Source: Rebecca billardiae RCC1528 (lineage: Eukaryota > Protista > Haptophyta). From it: DNA of 64,000 nt. The stretch lies in assembly GCA_965240325.2 (NCBI GenBank), contig OZ251238.1:1364001-1428000 (forward strand). Reading direction: 5' to 3'. Under the pieces are notes generated by a model. That model ran no database searches and had not been told where the DNA came from. It saw only the letters and a program-made list of their open reading frames with translations. Shown here piece by piece: positions 41,255 to 50,933 of this stretch (its first letter is position 1; each line of letters opens with the position of its first letter). Position numbers and translations under genes: made by a program.

Positions 41255-41920
41255 CCCGCCGCCTGCACGTGCGCCGCACACGCGCAGTAGTGACAGTCCC
41301 GGTGCGGAGTCGGAGTGACTCGGACTATAGTGCAGATCATTGACCAGTGTTCACCCCGTTCGCAGGCCAGGCGCTGGCCTCAATGCGCGGTCAACAATCT
41401 CAGCAGTCTTATTCAGCACAGCAAGCTGCTAACTGAGATCTCTGTCCGGAGCAGCGCGGAGGCTCTTGCTGCACGGCATAGGCGGTTCGGTCACTGACAC
41501 TAAGCCGCCCGTCACTACAGCACTACTCACTAGCGGCCGGCCCGCCGCAGCCGGCCCGCGCGGGCGAGACGTCACAGCCATTGTCACATCAGCTCAGTGG
41601 ACTCTCAGGGGCTCCCCTGGTGACACTCACACTGGCTCTGTCCGACTGCGGCAGACACTGGCGGACTGGCCCTCAAACGTTGAGTGTGTCCGAAACAGCA
41701 GACGCAAGTCGTCGCGGGGTCCGCAGGTCTACGCAGTATGCGGCGGCAGCCCAAGGCGGCGGCGGAGTCACGGCGAGCTGCAATCAGACCGTATCTGCGG
41801 CCTGCGGTCGCCTGCCGCCACGCCAGGCGCGCAGCGCACGCCAGCGGTGGAGCCACCGCGCACTCTACTTCGACGAGCGGATGATTTCGTCACACCCATG
41901 GGTTGAAGCGGATGATTTCG

Positions 41921-43111
41921 TCACACCCATGGGTTGAAGCCGTACTGCGCGACAAAGAGGCGCTCCTCCGCCAGCCACGCGTCGGGGGAGCGGTGGCCCC
42001 AGCCCGCGTTGCCGTACCACTGCCACAGCTGGTCCCCCGCGCACACGGGCAGCGCGTTCGGCGCGTGCACGCTCACGAGCACCTCCCCAGAGTCCGGCGC
42101 AGAGTCCGGCTTCTCGGGCGCGGCCGGGCGCGCGCGCCAGCGCACGCACGCGTCCAGAATCCCGTGCTTGCGGAAGCGCGCGCCCGCCTCGCCGGACGCG
42201 CGCAGCGCGGACTCGGACGGGTGGTTGAGGCAGTCGAAGAAGGGCACCATCACGTACGAGAAGCCCGAGAGCGAGACCCTGGACCGCTCGCCGTCCGACG
42301 GCGCGGCTGAGGGCGCGGCGCGCTCCGCGCCGTCCGCGCCCGAGCCGGCGGCCGCGCCGGCGGAGGCGGTGGCGGCGGCGGTGGCGGCGGCAGCGGCGGG
42401 GCGCGCGGCGGGGACGGCGGTGGACATGTCGAAGCTGCGCGACGCCACGATCACGACGGCGCGGTAGCACTGCGCCTCCGTCGGCGCCGGCTCGCCCGCC
42501 GTCGCCTCGGCCGCCTCGGTCAGAATTGCATGCACCGCCTCGGCCGACACGCGCGCGTCTTCCATGTGCTCGCCCAGCGTCTCGTCATCGCGGAGGACGA
42601 GCGGGTGGTTGCGCAGGGAGTCCTCCCCGCCCGGGCCGCCGTCTCCCCATGGGAGCATGTCCACGTACTCGCCCCACGCGCGCCGCGCGCTCGAGCTCGG
42701 CGCGTAGCGCGCGCGCGCGATCAGGGCGGCCAGCACGACGGCCTCGGCGGCGCGCGCGCCGTCCTGCTGCTGGAGGAAGACGGCGGCAAAGTTGCCGAGC
42801 TCGGGGTCGTTGAGTGCCGCCTCCGCCGAGAGGCACGCGCTCACGGGCACCTCGCCGAGCAGCTCGCGCGCCGCGAGGTCCTCCGTCGCAAAAAGGCCAA
42901 GCCCACCGCCGCATGCGGTGCTCGGTGCCATCTCGACCTTGGGCGAGGCGACGCCGCCGGCGGCGGAGAACCAGCGCGTGAACGCGCTCATGTCGTGCGG
43001 CGCGTTGGGCGTGGATGACCTCGCCGCCGCGCCCGCGCCCCCGCGCGCGAGCAGCACCGGCACGAGCGTGCTAATCAGCCGCATGGGCGTCGTCGTCGTC
43101 GGCGGGGCCAT
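41921..43111 (-). CDS. SET-domain lysine methyltransferase (Rubisco LSMT-like class)
   Basis: GLGLFATEDL..RELLGEVP, WGEYVDMLP, VASRSF, MVPFFDCLNH, GDQLWQWYG. Confidence 0.85.
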   Translation of the reverse strand: MAPPTTTTPMRLISTLVPVLLARGGAGAAARSSTPNAPHDMSAFTRWFSAAGGVASPKVEMAPSTACGGGLGLFATEDLAARELLGEVPVSACLSAEAALNDPELGNFAAVFLQQQDGARAAEAVVLAALIARARYAPSSSARRAWGEYVDMLPWGDGGPGGEDSLRNHPLVLRDDETLGEHMEDARVSAEAVHAILTEAAEATAGEPAPTEAQCYRAVVIVASRSFDMSTAVPAARPAAAAATAAATASAGAAAGSGADGAERAAPSAAPSDGERSRVSLSGFSYVMVPFFDCLNHPSESALRASGEAGARFRKHGILDACVRWRARPAAPEKPDSAPDSGEVLVSVHAPNALPVCAGDQLWQWYGNAGWGHRSPDAWLAEERLFVAQYGFNPWV

Positions 43112-43671
43112 TGTGCCAGTCGGGCGCGACCGGAGTCGTAAAGTTACGTGAGTCAGTCGCCGTTCCGAGCACATGCAACTTGGCAGCCTGACGATCATGC
43201 GGGCCTGTCATCAGCCGGCTACTAATCTTGTTACAAGTACCGTACGGTCAAGTTTGCTTCCACGCGGGATCGCTCCCCGCTCCGGCGCTGCGAATGGTTG
43301 CAATTGTTTGGAGCTTGGCCATTAGGCGCTTCTCCAAGCGTTTTCGTGGATTTCGTCGAGATTTCACGGCTTTCGGCAATCTTCACTGGCGTGTCGTGTC
43401 TCTTCACGAGGGCGCGAATGGGTGGTTCACGCGGACGCGGTCGTAAGAAAACTTCTCGCGAAGGGCTGCAAACTGAAAGGAGATGCGCACCGGCCACTCA
43501 AATCGGCGGATCTTGTGCGGCCCCAAGCACCCCCGGAGCCCGCGATGAGGTCATTAAAAAGCAATCTCCCGAATCCTGATTGCCGCATCGGTCCCTTCAT
43601 CAACGCCGAGAGCCGACCGCGCCCGACGACCGCGCCTCATCAGCACGTCTTTTCGCCCGGCCGACGTCATC

Positions 43672-44311
43672 ATGTTCCGCATGTTCATCCTCCTCGCGCT
43701 CGCGGCCCTCGCCGCGGCGTACCAGGGCCCGATGCCGACGCGCGTGTCGTCGAAGAGCATCGTGATGATGAGCCGCTTCAAGGGCAAGATGTGGGACATG
43801 GACGCGAAGAAGGAGATCTTCGTGCGCGCGCGCTCGCACCGCCGCGCTAATTGCGCGCGCGCGCGCGCGCGCGCGCGCGCGCCGGCCCGCGCGCGCCCCA
43901 TCATGCCACACTCACCGCCACGCGCGCACAATCCCCACCTCGCCCCGCTGAGCAGGCCGAGTGGGACGCGGACAAGCCGCGTGACTACGACAACTTCAAC
44001 CCGTTCGAGCGCGACAGCAACGGCAACTGCTGCGACCCGTCGGGCAAGTTCCCCGGCGAGGGCAACTACCAGGTGCGGCTCCGCGCGTCCGCGCGCGCGC
44101 GCGCTCGGCGTCGCGCCTGTCCTCTGACGCCTCCGCGCCCCGCGCGCGCCCTCCGCAGGACCCGATGCGCCCGGAGGCCAACTGGGAGACGATGCAGAGG
44201 GACCGCGCGATCATGGATGAGATCAACAAGGACCCGCGCATGGCCATCAAGGGCAAGCCCGGCAACTGGAAGTACGGCTGGGACAAGGACCTCGGCATGA
44301 TCATGAACTAA
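43672..44311 (+). CDS. Small plastid-targeted protein of unknown function (exons 43672-43821, 43956-44072, 44159-44311)
   Basis: Signal peptide plus transit-like peptide (AAAY|QGP…IVMM); strongly biased codons; clean GT-AG splicing gives WDADKPRDYDNFNPFERDSNGNCCDPSGKFPGEGNYQDPMRP. Confidence 0.8.
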
Positions 44312-44751
44312 GCGTTGTCACGACGTCGCCCTCTCCCGCGTGAGTGAGGAGCACTGATCTCTGTATCTTCGTGTGCAGCCGCCGTGACGGGCCCGCGGCG
44401 AAATTGTCCACTGCGACGACGTTCCGTTCGGGTGATTGATTGCCAGGCGGCGGCGGCGCTGATCGCGCTGCCGTCGGCTGTCAGCCAGGCTTGTCACGGC
44501 TCTGTATCCAATCTGATGATGCACTGCATTGCGCCTGTAGCTTCGTGCCCTGTGCATGGCCCCCATCGGCGCCCTCCGGCTCGAGAGGATTATAAGACGC
44601 CGTGAGCCTCGCCTCTCGAGTCTCGGCGCTTTCGGCCTTTCGGCGGCGGCCGGCGCCGGACGAACGGTTTAGCCGCGAAAACCGACGACGAAGTCCGGGC
44701 TCCGGGCGCAAGTTCCGGGCGGGCGCACCAGGCTGCACTGGCCTTCCAAGA

Positions 44752-46891
44752 ATGGCGGGGCCGCGCGCGCGCGCCGCGTGGGCGCTGCTCGCGCTCAGCG
44801 TCGCGCCGACGGCGACGTGGGCGAGCCCGGACATCATCGAGCAGATCGCGGCCGATGCGCTCGCTGTCGAGGCGCAGGTCATGCTCTCCATCCACGGCAG
44901 CGCCGCCGAGCCGCGCGCGCGAGAGCTGTGCGAGCGCGCGCTCGCGCAGGACACTTGGAACGTGCGCGCGCTCGAGCTGATGCGCGAGCTGACGAAGCGC
45001 GACAAGGCGTCCGGCACGCAGGCGGCGGCGCTGATGCCACCGCCGCCGTCCACGCCGCCGCCGCTCGCCACGCCCTCGCCGACCGAGCAGCGCGCCGCGC
45101 CGACCGAGTGGCACGAGCGCATCGCGTTGGCCAACGCTAAGATCGAGGAAGCGGTCCGGATCCAGACGTTCGACGTGGACTCGTACACGCGCACGCCGCA
45201 CGTGATCAAGCTGTACGAGGACGCGCTGCGCACGCTGCCCGAGCTCGCGCAGGTCGAGCCCACGCTCGCGGCGAGCGTGTACGACAACATGGCCGTCGCG
45301 CTGCGCGCGATCGACCGGATCGACGAGGCGATCGTTGCGCACCGGCGCGCGACCGAGATCTCGCCGGCGGTGGCGCGGCACCACATGAACCTCGCGGGCA
45401 CGCTGTACATGCAGGGCGACACGGCCGAGGCGGCCAAGTCGTGCCGCGTCGCGCTCGAGCTCAACCCGATGCACGCCAAGGCTTTGAACATCCTCAACTC
45501 CGTCGAGCCAATCACGGACAAGAGCGACCCTAGGCTCGGCCTGCTGCGGCGGCACGTGGCAGCGACGGCGGAGCTGACGGACGAGGAGCGCACGCTGTCG
45601 CACTTCGACCTGTACCGCGCGCTGGACAAGCTCGGGCGGTACGACGAGGCGTGGGAGCACCTCGAGCGGGGCAACGAGCTCGCGCTGCAGGACATGCTCG
45701 CGCGCCCGAACGCCGACGGCGCCGGCGGCGCGCACGTGCCCAGCGAGTCCGACCTGGAGTCAACGGTGCAGCTGCTGTCGTCCGTGTTTCGTCAGGAGTA
45801 CGTGGCGGAGGCGCTGCGCGCGGCGGAGGGCGCGTGGCGCGCGGCGGGCGCGCCCGACTCCGACGCCGCGTGGTCCGCCCAAGCCGAGCGCACCGCGCCC
45901 GTCTTCATCGTCGGCGCGTACCGGTCCGGCTCGACACTGATTGAGACTATCTTGTCGTCGCACTCGCGCGTGCACGGCGCGGGCGAGAACACCGCGCTGG
46001 CGCCCGCGGTGGCGGTGGCGGCGCAGGCGCTGGCCGACGAGGGGTACCCCGCGCGCGGCTACCCGGGCATCTTCTTCGAGGCGGCGGCGCGCGAGCCGCG
46101 CGCGTGGGAGCGCGTCGGCGCGCACTACATGGCGCTGATGCGCGAGTCCAAGACGGTGCAGGCGGCGGGCAAGCCTCGGTGGGCGGACAAGAACCTGGGG
46201 AACTCGCGGCTGGTGGGCGTGATCAGCCTGGCGATGCCGCGCGCGCGGATCGTGCACACGGTGCGCTCGCCCGTCGCCACGTGCTTCTCGATGTACACGC
46301 AGCACTTCACGCAGGGCTCGGCCGAGGGCCGATGGTTCACCTGCCGGCAGCGCTCGCTCGTCGCGCACTACCGCGCGCAGCACCGAATGATGAAGCACTG
46401 GGAGTCGGTCCTGCCGGCCGGACGCATGCTCACGGTCCGGTACGAGGACGTGGTGGCCGGGCAGGAGGAGCTCACGCGCCGGATCGTCGCGTACTCGGGC
46501 CTCGAGTGGGAGGACGCGTGCCTCCAGTTCCACAAGAGCAAGCGCTCGGTCGCCACCGCCTCGCTCTCACAGGTGCGCAAACGCGCGCGCGCCCGACCGC
46601 CGCGCGCCTCGCCGCGCCCGCTCCGGGCGGCGCCGTGCGCGCCCTCGGCTAACGCGCGCCCGCGCCGCGGGGCTTGCCTCGGCGTGCGCCGCGCTCCGTG
46701 CCGCCCGCGCCCGCGCGGCGCAGGTGCGCAAGCCCATCTACAACTCGTCGCTCGAGTCGTGGCGGCGGTACGAGGGCCGCCTGCAGACGCTCGTCGACGG
46801 GCTGGCGGACCTGGAGGGCGTCGACTGGCCGAGCGCGCGCTGGCCGCCCGCGGCGGCCGACGAGCCGCCCGATGTGGCGGGGGCGGCGTAA
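44752..46891 (+). CDS. TPR-repeat sulfotransferase (Sulfotransfer_3)
   Basis: Signal peptide, TPRs, PVFIVGAYRSGSTLIETILSSH, DKNLGN, VRYEDVV, TASLSQ|VRKPIYNSSLESWRRYE. One intron at ~46573-46723. Confidence 0.9.
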
Positions 46892-47321
46892 TTGCAGCCG
46901 TCGTAACAATATTTCAATTTGCTATACGACGAGTACGCGTACGCACGGTTCTCTCGGCTCATTCCGCCGGGCTGATGAATGCCAGCCAGCTAGCAGCACG
47001 CGGTAACCCGTCCGGGACTCCGCGGAATTGATCAAATATCAGTGACAGTACCGCGGACTGTACGGTATGTACTATGTACCGGTAGCGGCGGTAGCGGCGG
47101 CACGGTCCGCCCGCGACGCCGTGCCCCCGACGCGGCCGACGCCCCCGCGCGCGGCCTGGGCGGCCCGACTCGGACGCGAGGCACACGTACTCCGTCATCA
47201 GTCATAGACTGAGACTCATATACTCATCATCATGCGCCCGCCATGTCAGCCATATGTGGCCGCCTCTGAAACACCATAAGTCGTCACACAGTCCGCACGG
47301 CCACGGAGTGACTGACCGGGA

Positions 47322-47864
47322 CTAGTCAAGCCGCATGCACACGACGGAATGCGGCAGGGCCAGCCGCTTGACCACTCGCCTCCCGCGCGCGAGCTTCGCC
47401 TGGAGCGCGTCGGGCAGGCCTCTCTCGTCGTCGACGACGCAGAAGCCGAAGCGCTCGTAGAACGGCACTCGGTTTGACAGCAGCACGCAGTGCACGGCCG
47501 GGCGAGGCTGCGCGCCGTCTCTGAGGCCGTGCGCGAGGCAGGAGCGAACCAAGGCGCTGCCGATCCCACAACCACGCTCGCCCTTCTTGACGACGACGGA
47601 CGCGAGCTCGAGGCTGTTCTCCGCGACCGGTCTGAGCTGCGAGGCGCCTACGAGCTCCTGCGAGGCGGAGCGGCGCGCGACGATAAAGTTTGCGTGGTCG
47701 AGCGATTCAGAGGGCAGGCCGTTGGCCTTGAGCTCGCCCCGAATCCACACCAGGTCCGTTCGTTGCGCGGGGGCGAAGACCAGGGCGCTGCCTGCGGACA
47801 CGCGCGCGCTGCTCGCCGATGCGCCCGCCGCCAGCACGTGGACGAGGCGACGACGCGCTGCCAT
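47322..47864 (-). CDS. GNAT-family N-acetyltransferase
   Basis: ELASVVVKKGERGCGIGSALV (acetyl-CoA motif A) and PFYERFGF. Confidence 0.85.
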   Translation of the reverse strand: MAARRRLVHVLAAGASASSARVSAGSALVFAPAQRTDLVWIRGELKANGLPSESLDHANFIVARRSASQELVGASQLRPVAENSLELASVVVKKGERGCGIGSALVRSCLAHGLRDGAQPRPAVHCVLLSNRVPFYERFGFCVVDDERGLPDALQAKLARGRRVVKRLALPHSVVCMRLD

Positions 47865-48058
47865 CGCGCGCAATAAATTTGAGCGCATCAGCCCGAATAA
47901 TATATCGATCTCGATTCAGCGCATAGCTACCAGTAGCCACGACTCGGACTGGTGCTGATCATCAGCCTAGTTGAACACGATGCCTCTCATCGATGCGCGA
48001 TCGTCATGATGATGCGTCGGATGATGACGCGACAGGCGCGGCGTGCGACGCTGTAGCA

Positions 48059-49612
48059 TCAGATGTCATGGGCAGCATCCGTCGTGCTGCGCGCGCCCGA
48101 GGGTGCGAGCGGCTCCGGCGCCGCGGCTGCGGAAACTGTCGAGGCCGCCGACGCCGCCTTTCGGCGGCACAGGGCCCGGTGCACCGGCCACGCGCGGTAC
48201 GTCGCGGCGCAGCCAACGACCGGCCCCGGCGCGAGCAGCAAAAACGCCAGGCCGGGGTCCACGCCGGCCGCGCCGACGAGCGCGCCGAGGCCCTGGATGG
48301 TGACGACGGTGAGGGCGAAGCCGACGCAGGTGGTGAGAGTGAGCGCGGTGCCCACGTACTCGCGCAGCGCGAACGCGGCGCAGAGCGAGGAGAACTGCCC
48401 CGAGTCCGCCACCACCGCGCCGCCCCAGAGGACGACGTACGCGGTGAACAGCGGTGGGCTGAGGCGCTGGTACAGCGGAGCGGCCAGGCAGCACGCCAGT
48501 GAGAGGCTGAGGGCGAACAGCGCCGCAAGCGCGCTGCCAGGCACCTCCGCCGTGCCCGCCCGGAGCGAGACGACACCCGCGAGCACCGACGCGGGCGCGC
48601 CCGCCGCGATCGCCACGAACACCGTCATCTCCGCCGAGAGCGGCGGCGGCGCCGCGTCGGCGCGCGCGGCCGCGCCCGCGCCGTGCGCTCGCACCAGCGC
48701 GGGCAGGTACGCCCAAAAAGCGTACAGCTCCCACATGTGCCCCAAGTAGCCAAGCGCGGCGGCGCGGAACTCGCGGCCGCGGAGCATCGCGCGCACCGAC
48801 TCGGGGCCCACCTGCAGCCCGTGCCCGCCGCCGGCGGGCGCGTCCTCGGCGCCCGCGGCCGGCGCGCCGGCGGCGCGGCGCCCGCACGAGCACGCAGTGA
48901 ATGTTTGAACGGCCGCGAGGCGCGTGCCGGGTGTCAGCAGGATGGCCGGCATAAGCAGCCCGCCGAGCGCGGCGAGGGCGGAGACGAGGCCCAGCGTCGC
49001 GCGCCAGCCCGCCGCCTCGAGCCCGCCCGCGCCCGCCGCCGCCGCGCCCTGGGCGGAGCCGGGGCCGGCGCCGGAGGCGTCAGAGGCGGAGGCGGCGCCG
49101 GAGGCGGAGGCGGGGGCGGAGGCGGACGCTGGGCCCAGCGCGCGCAGCAACCATGGGAAGGCTGTGCCGAGAGTGAGCGCGCCGATCACCAGGCCGAGGC
49201 GGCCGCCGAGGCCGTCGGGGTACTGCCGCGCCGCGATGCGCATGCCCACCGGGTAGATCCCCGCCATGCACACGCCAACAAGCGCGCGCAGCACACACCA
49301 CGCGCCGAAGCTGGTCGTGGTGACACACGCCGCGTTGCATGCGGCGCCGGCGAGGCTCATGAGCGCGAAGATGAGCGGCGCGGAGAAGCGGTCGGCGACG
49401 GCGAAGTAGGTCAGCGTGAACGTGCCCGCGATGAACCCAAGCTGCACCAGCGACGTCAGCACCGCCACCTCGTTGCCCGCGCCGAATTGCTCGATCTGCG
49501 AGAGCACCGCGTTCGGCGCAAACCAGAGCGACGTGCCGGCGAACTGCGCGAAGACGATGGTCGGGAGGATGAGGGCGCGGCGGATGCGCTCGGGCGCGGG
49601 GGGCTCGCCCAT
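48059..49612 (-). CDS. Major facilitator superfamily transporter (bacterial-like)
   Basis: About 12 TM helices; AQFAGTSLWFAPNAV, LTSLVQLGFIAGT, GIYPVGMR, GYLGHMWELYAFWAY, VVADSGQFS. Intronless. Confidence 0.9.
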   Translation of the reverse strand: MGEPPAPERIRRALILPTIVFAQFAGTSLWFAPNAVLSQIEQFGAGNEVAVLTSLVQLGFIAGTFTLTYFAVADRFSAPLIFALMSLAGAACNAACVTTTSFGAWCVLRALVGVCMAGIYPVGMRIAARQYPDGLGGRLGLVIGALTLGTAFPWLLRALGPASASAPASASGAASASDASGAGPGSAQGAAAAGAGGLEAAGWRATLGLVSALAALGGLLMPAILLTPGTRLAAVQTFTACSCGRRAAGAPAAGAEDAPAGGGHGLQVGPESVRAMLRGREFRAAALGYLGHMWELYAFWAYLPALVRAHGAGAAARADAAPPPLSAEMTVFVAIAAGAPASVLAGVVSLRAGTAEVPGSALAALFALSLSLACCLAAPLYQRLSPPLFTAYVVLWGGAVVADSGQFSSLCAAFALREYVGTALTLTTCVGFALTVVTIQGLGALVGAAGVDPGLAFLLLAPGPVVGCAATYRAWPVHRALCRRKAASAASTVSAAAAPEPLAPSGARSTTDAAHDI

Positions 49613-49731
49613 GCGCGCCGCGCGCCGGTGCGTGGCGCGCCGCGGCAAGGCCGGCTGCACGTGGCGCGAGCGAACGGCGGTGGCGGCGATGGAGGACTCC
49701 GTCTCGCGCCCGGAAAAAGCGACCACTGAGC

Positions 49732-50840
49732 CAAGGGAGTCAAGGGTGCCCGCGCCCCAGTGGCGCGCTCGGCGGATGTTGGGATACACCTTTTTGCCCG
49801 CGGCCCTGCGGCGGCGGCGGCGATGGCGTGCTCCGCTGGCGGGGCGAGCGCACGGGGCACGGCGCTGCGGGCGCGGATGTGCCCGCGAAGCCGGCGCGTG
49901 CGGACGGGCTGTTGCGGGAGAGCATCTGGCGCCCTCCTGCGCCGCGCGACTTGCGCCACGCCTCTTTCGCCTCGGCTCAGAGCAGCGCGCACGCACGCGC
50001 CGCCTCAAGGCCAGCCTTGCCGCGCCGCAGCCGACCGCGCGCGCGCCGTGCGCGGCGTGGTCGGGAAGGAACGGGCGCTGCTGCCGGGCGAGATGGCGAC
50101 GTCATAGGCGCACGCCATGCCGCCCCGCCACGCCTTGACGAGAGTGTCGTCGGTCCGTTTGCACGCCTTTTCGACTTGTCACAAATGGTGTGCACTGCCT
50201 CGCGGTCGTGACCGTTGTCGGGACGATCATTGAGACACAGAACAGTGCCAGACGGGCACGCGGGCTACTCTTACATGAATGTTCATCACCGCGTGGTCAT
50301 GTAGAAGTGCTGGGTGCGACGCTTTCCTCGCGCTGATGCTCTTTCATCATCTTCTTCGAGCTCAGGTCTGGCTTCAGGCACGGCAAGAAATCAGCACTCG
50401 TCAACAGCTGTGCGGATCCGTTCTCGTGCTCTTTCGCGGCGCCGCGGGGCGGCATGGCGTGCGCCCATGACGTCGCCATCTCGCCCGGCAGCAGCGCCCG
50501 TTCCTTCCCGACCACGCCGCGCACGGCGCGCGCGCGGTCGGCTGCGGCGCGGCAAGGCTGGCCTTGAGGCGGCGCGTGCGTGCGCGCTGCTCTGAGCCGA
50601 GGCGAAAGAGGCGTGGCGCAAGTCGCGCGGCGCAGGAGGGCGCCAGATGCTCTCCCGCAACAGCCCGTCCGCACGCGCCGGCTTCGCGGGCACATCCGCG
50701 CCCGCAGCGCCGTGCCCCGTGCGCTCGCCCCGCCAGCGGAGCACGCCATCGCCGCCGCCGCCGCAGGGCCGCGGGCAAAAAGGTGTATCCCAACATCCGC
50801 CGAGCGCGCCACTGGGGCGCGGGCACCCTTGACTCCCTTG
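49732..50840. mobile_element. Non-autonomous fold-back element with ~397-bp near-perfect inverted arms and 7-bp TSD (P-superfamily-like)
   Basis: ACTGAGC|CAAGGGAGTCAAGGG…CCCTTGACTCCCTTG|ACTGAGC. Arms at 49732-50128 and 50444-50840, spacer at 50129-50443. Confidence 0.92.
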
Positions 50841-50933
50841 ACTGAGCAGAAAAAGAAAAGGTCCGAAGAGAAGTAGAAAGCCGGGCCGTGGCGATCGCCG
50901 CCATCGTTGCAGCGCGCGGCCTCGGGCGCGACG

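Noticed and set aside
48059-50008. 649-aa version of the MFS transporter
   Set aside because: The extension runs through the inserted palindromic element. The start is more plausibly the ATG at 49612.
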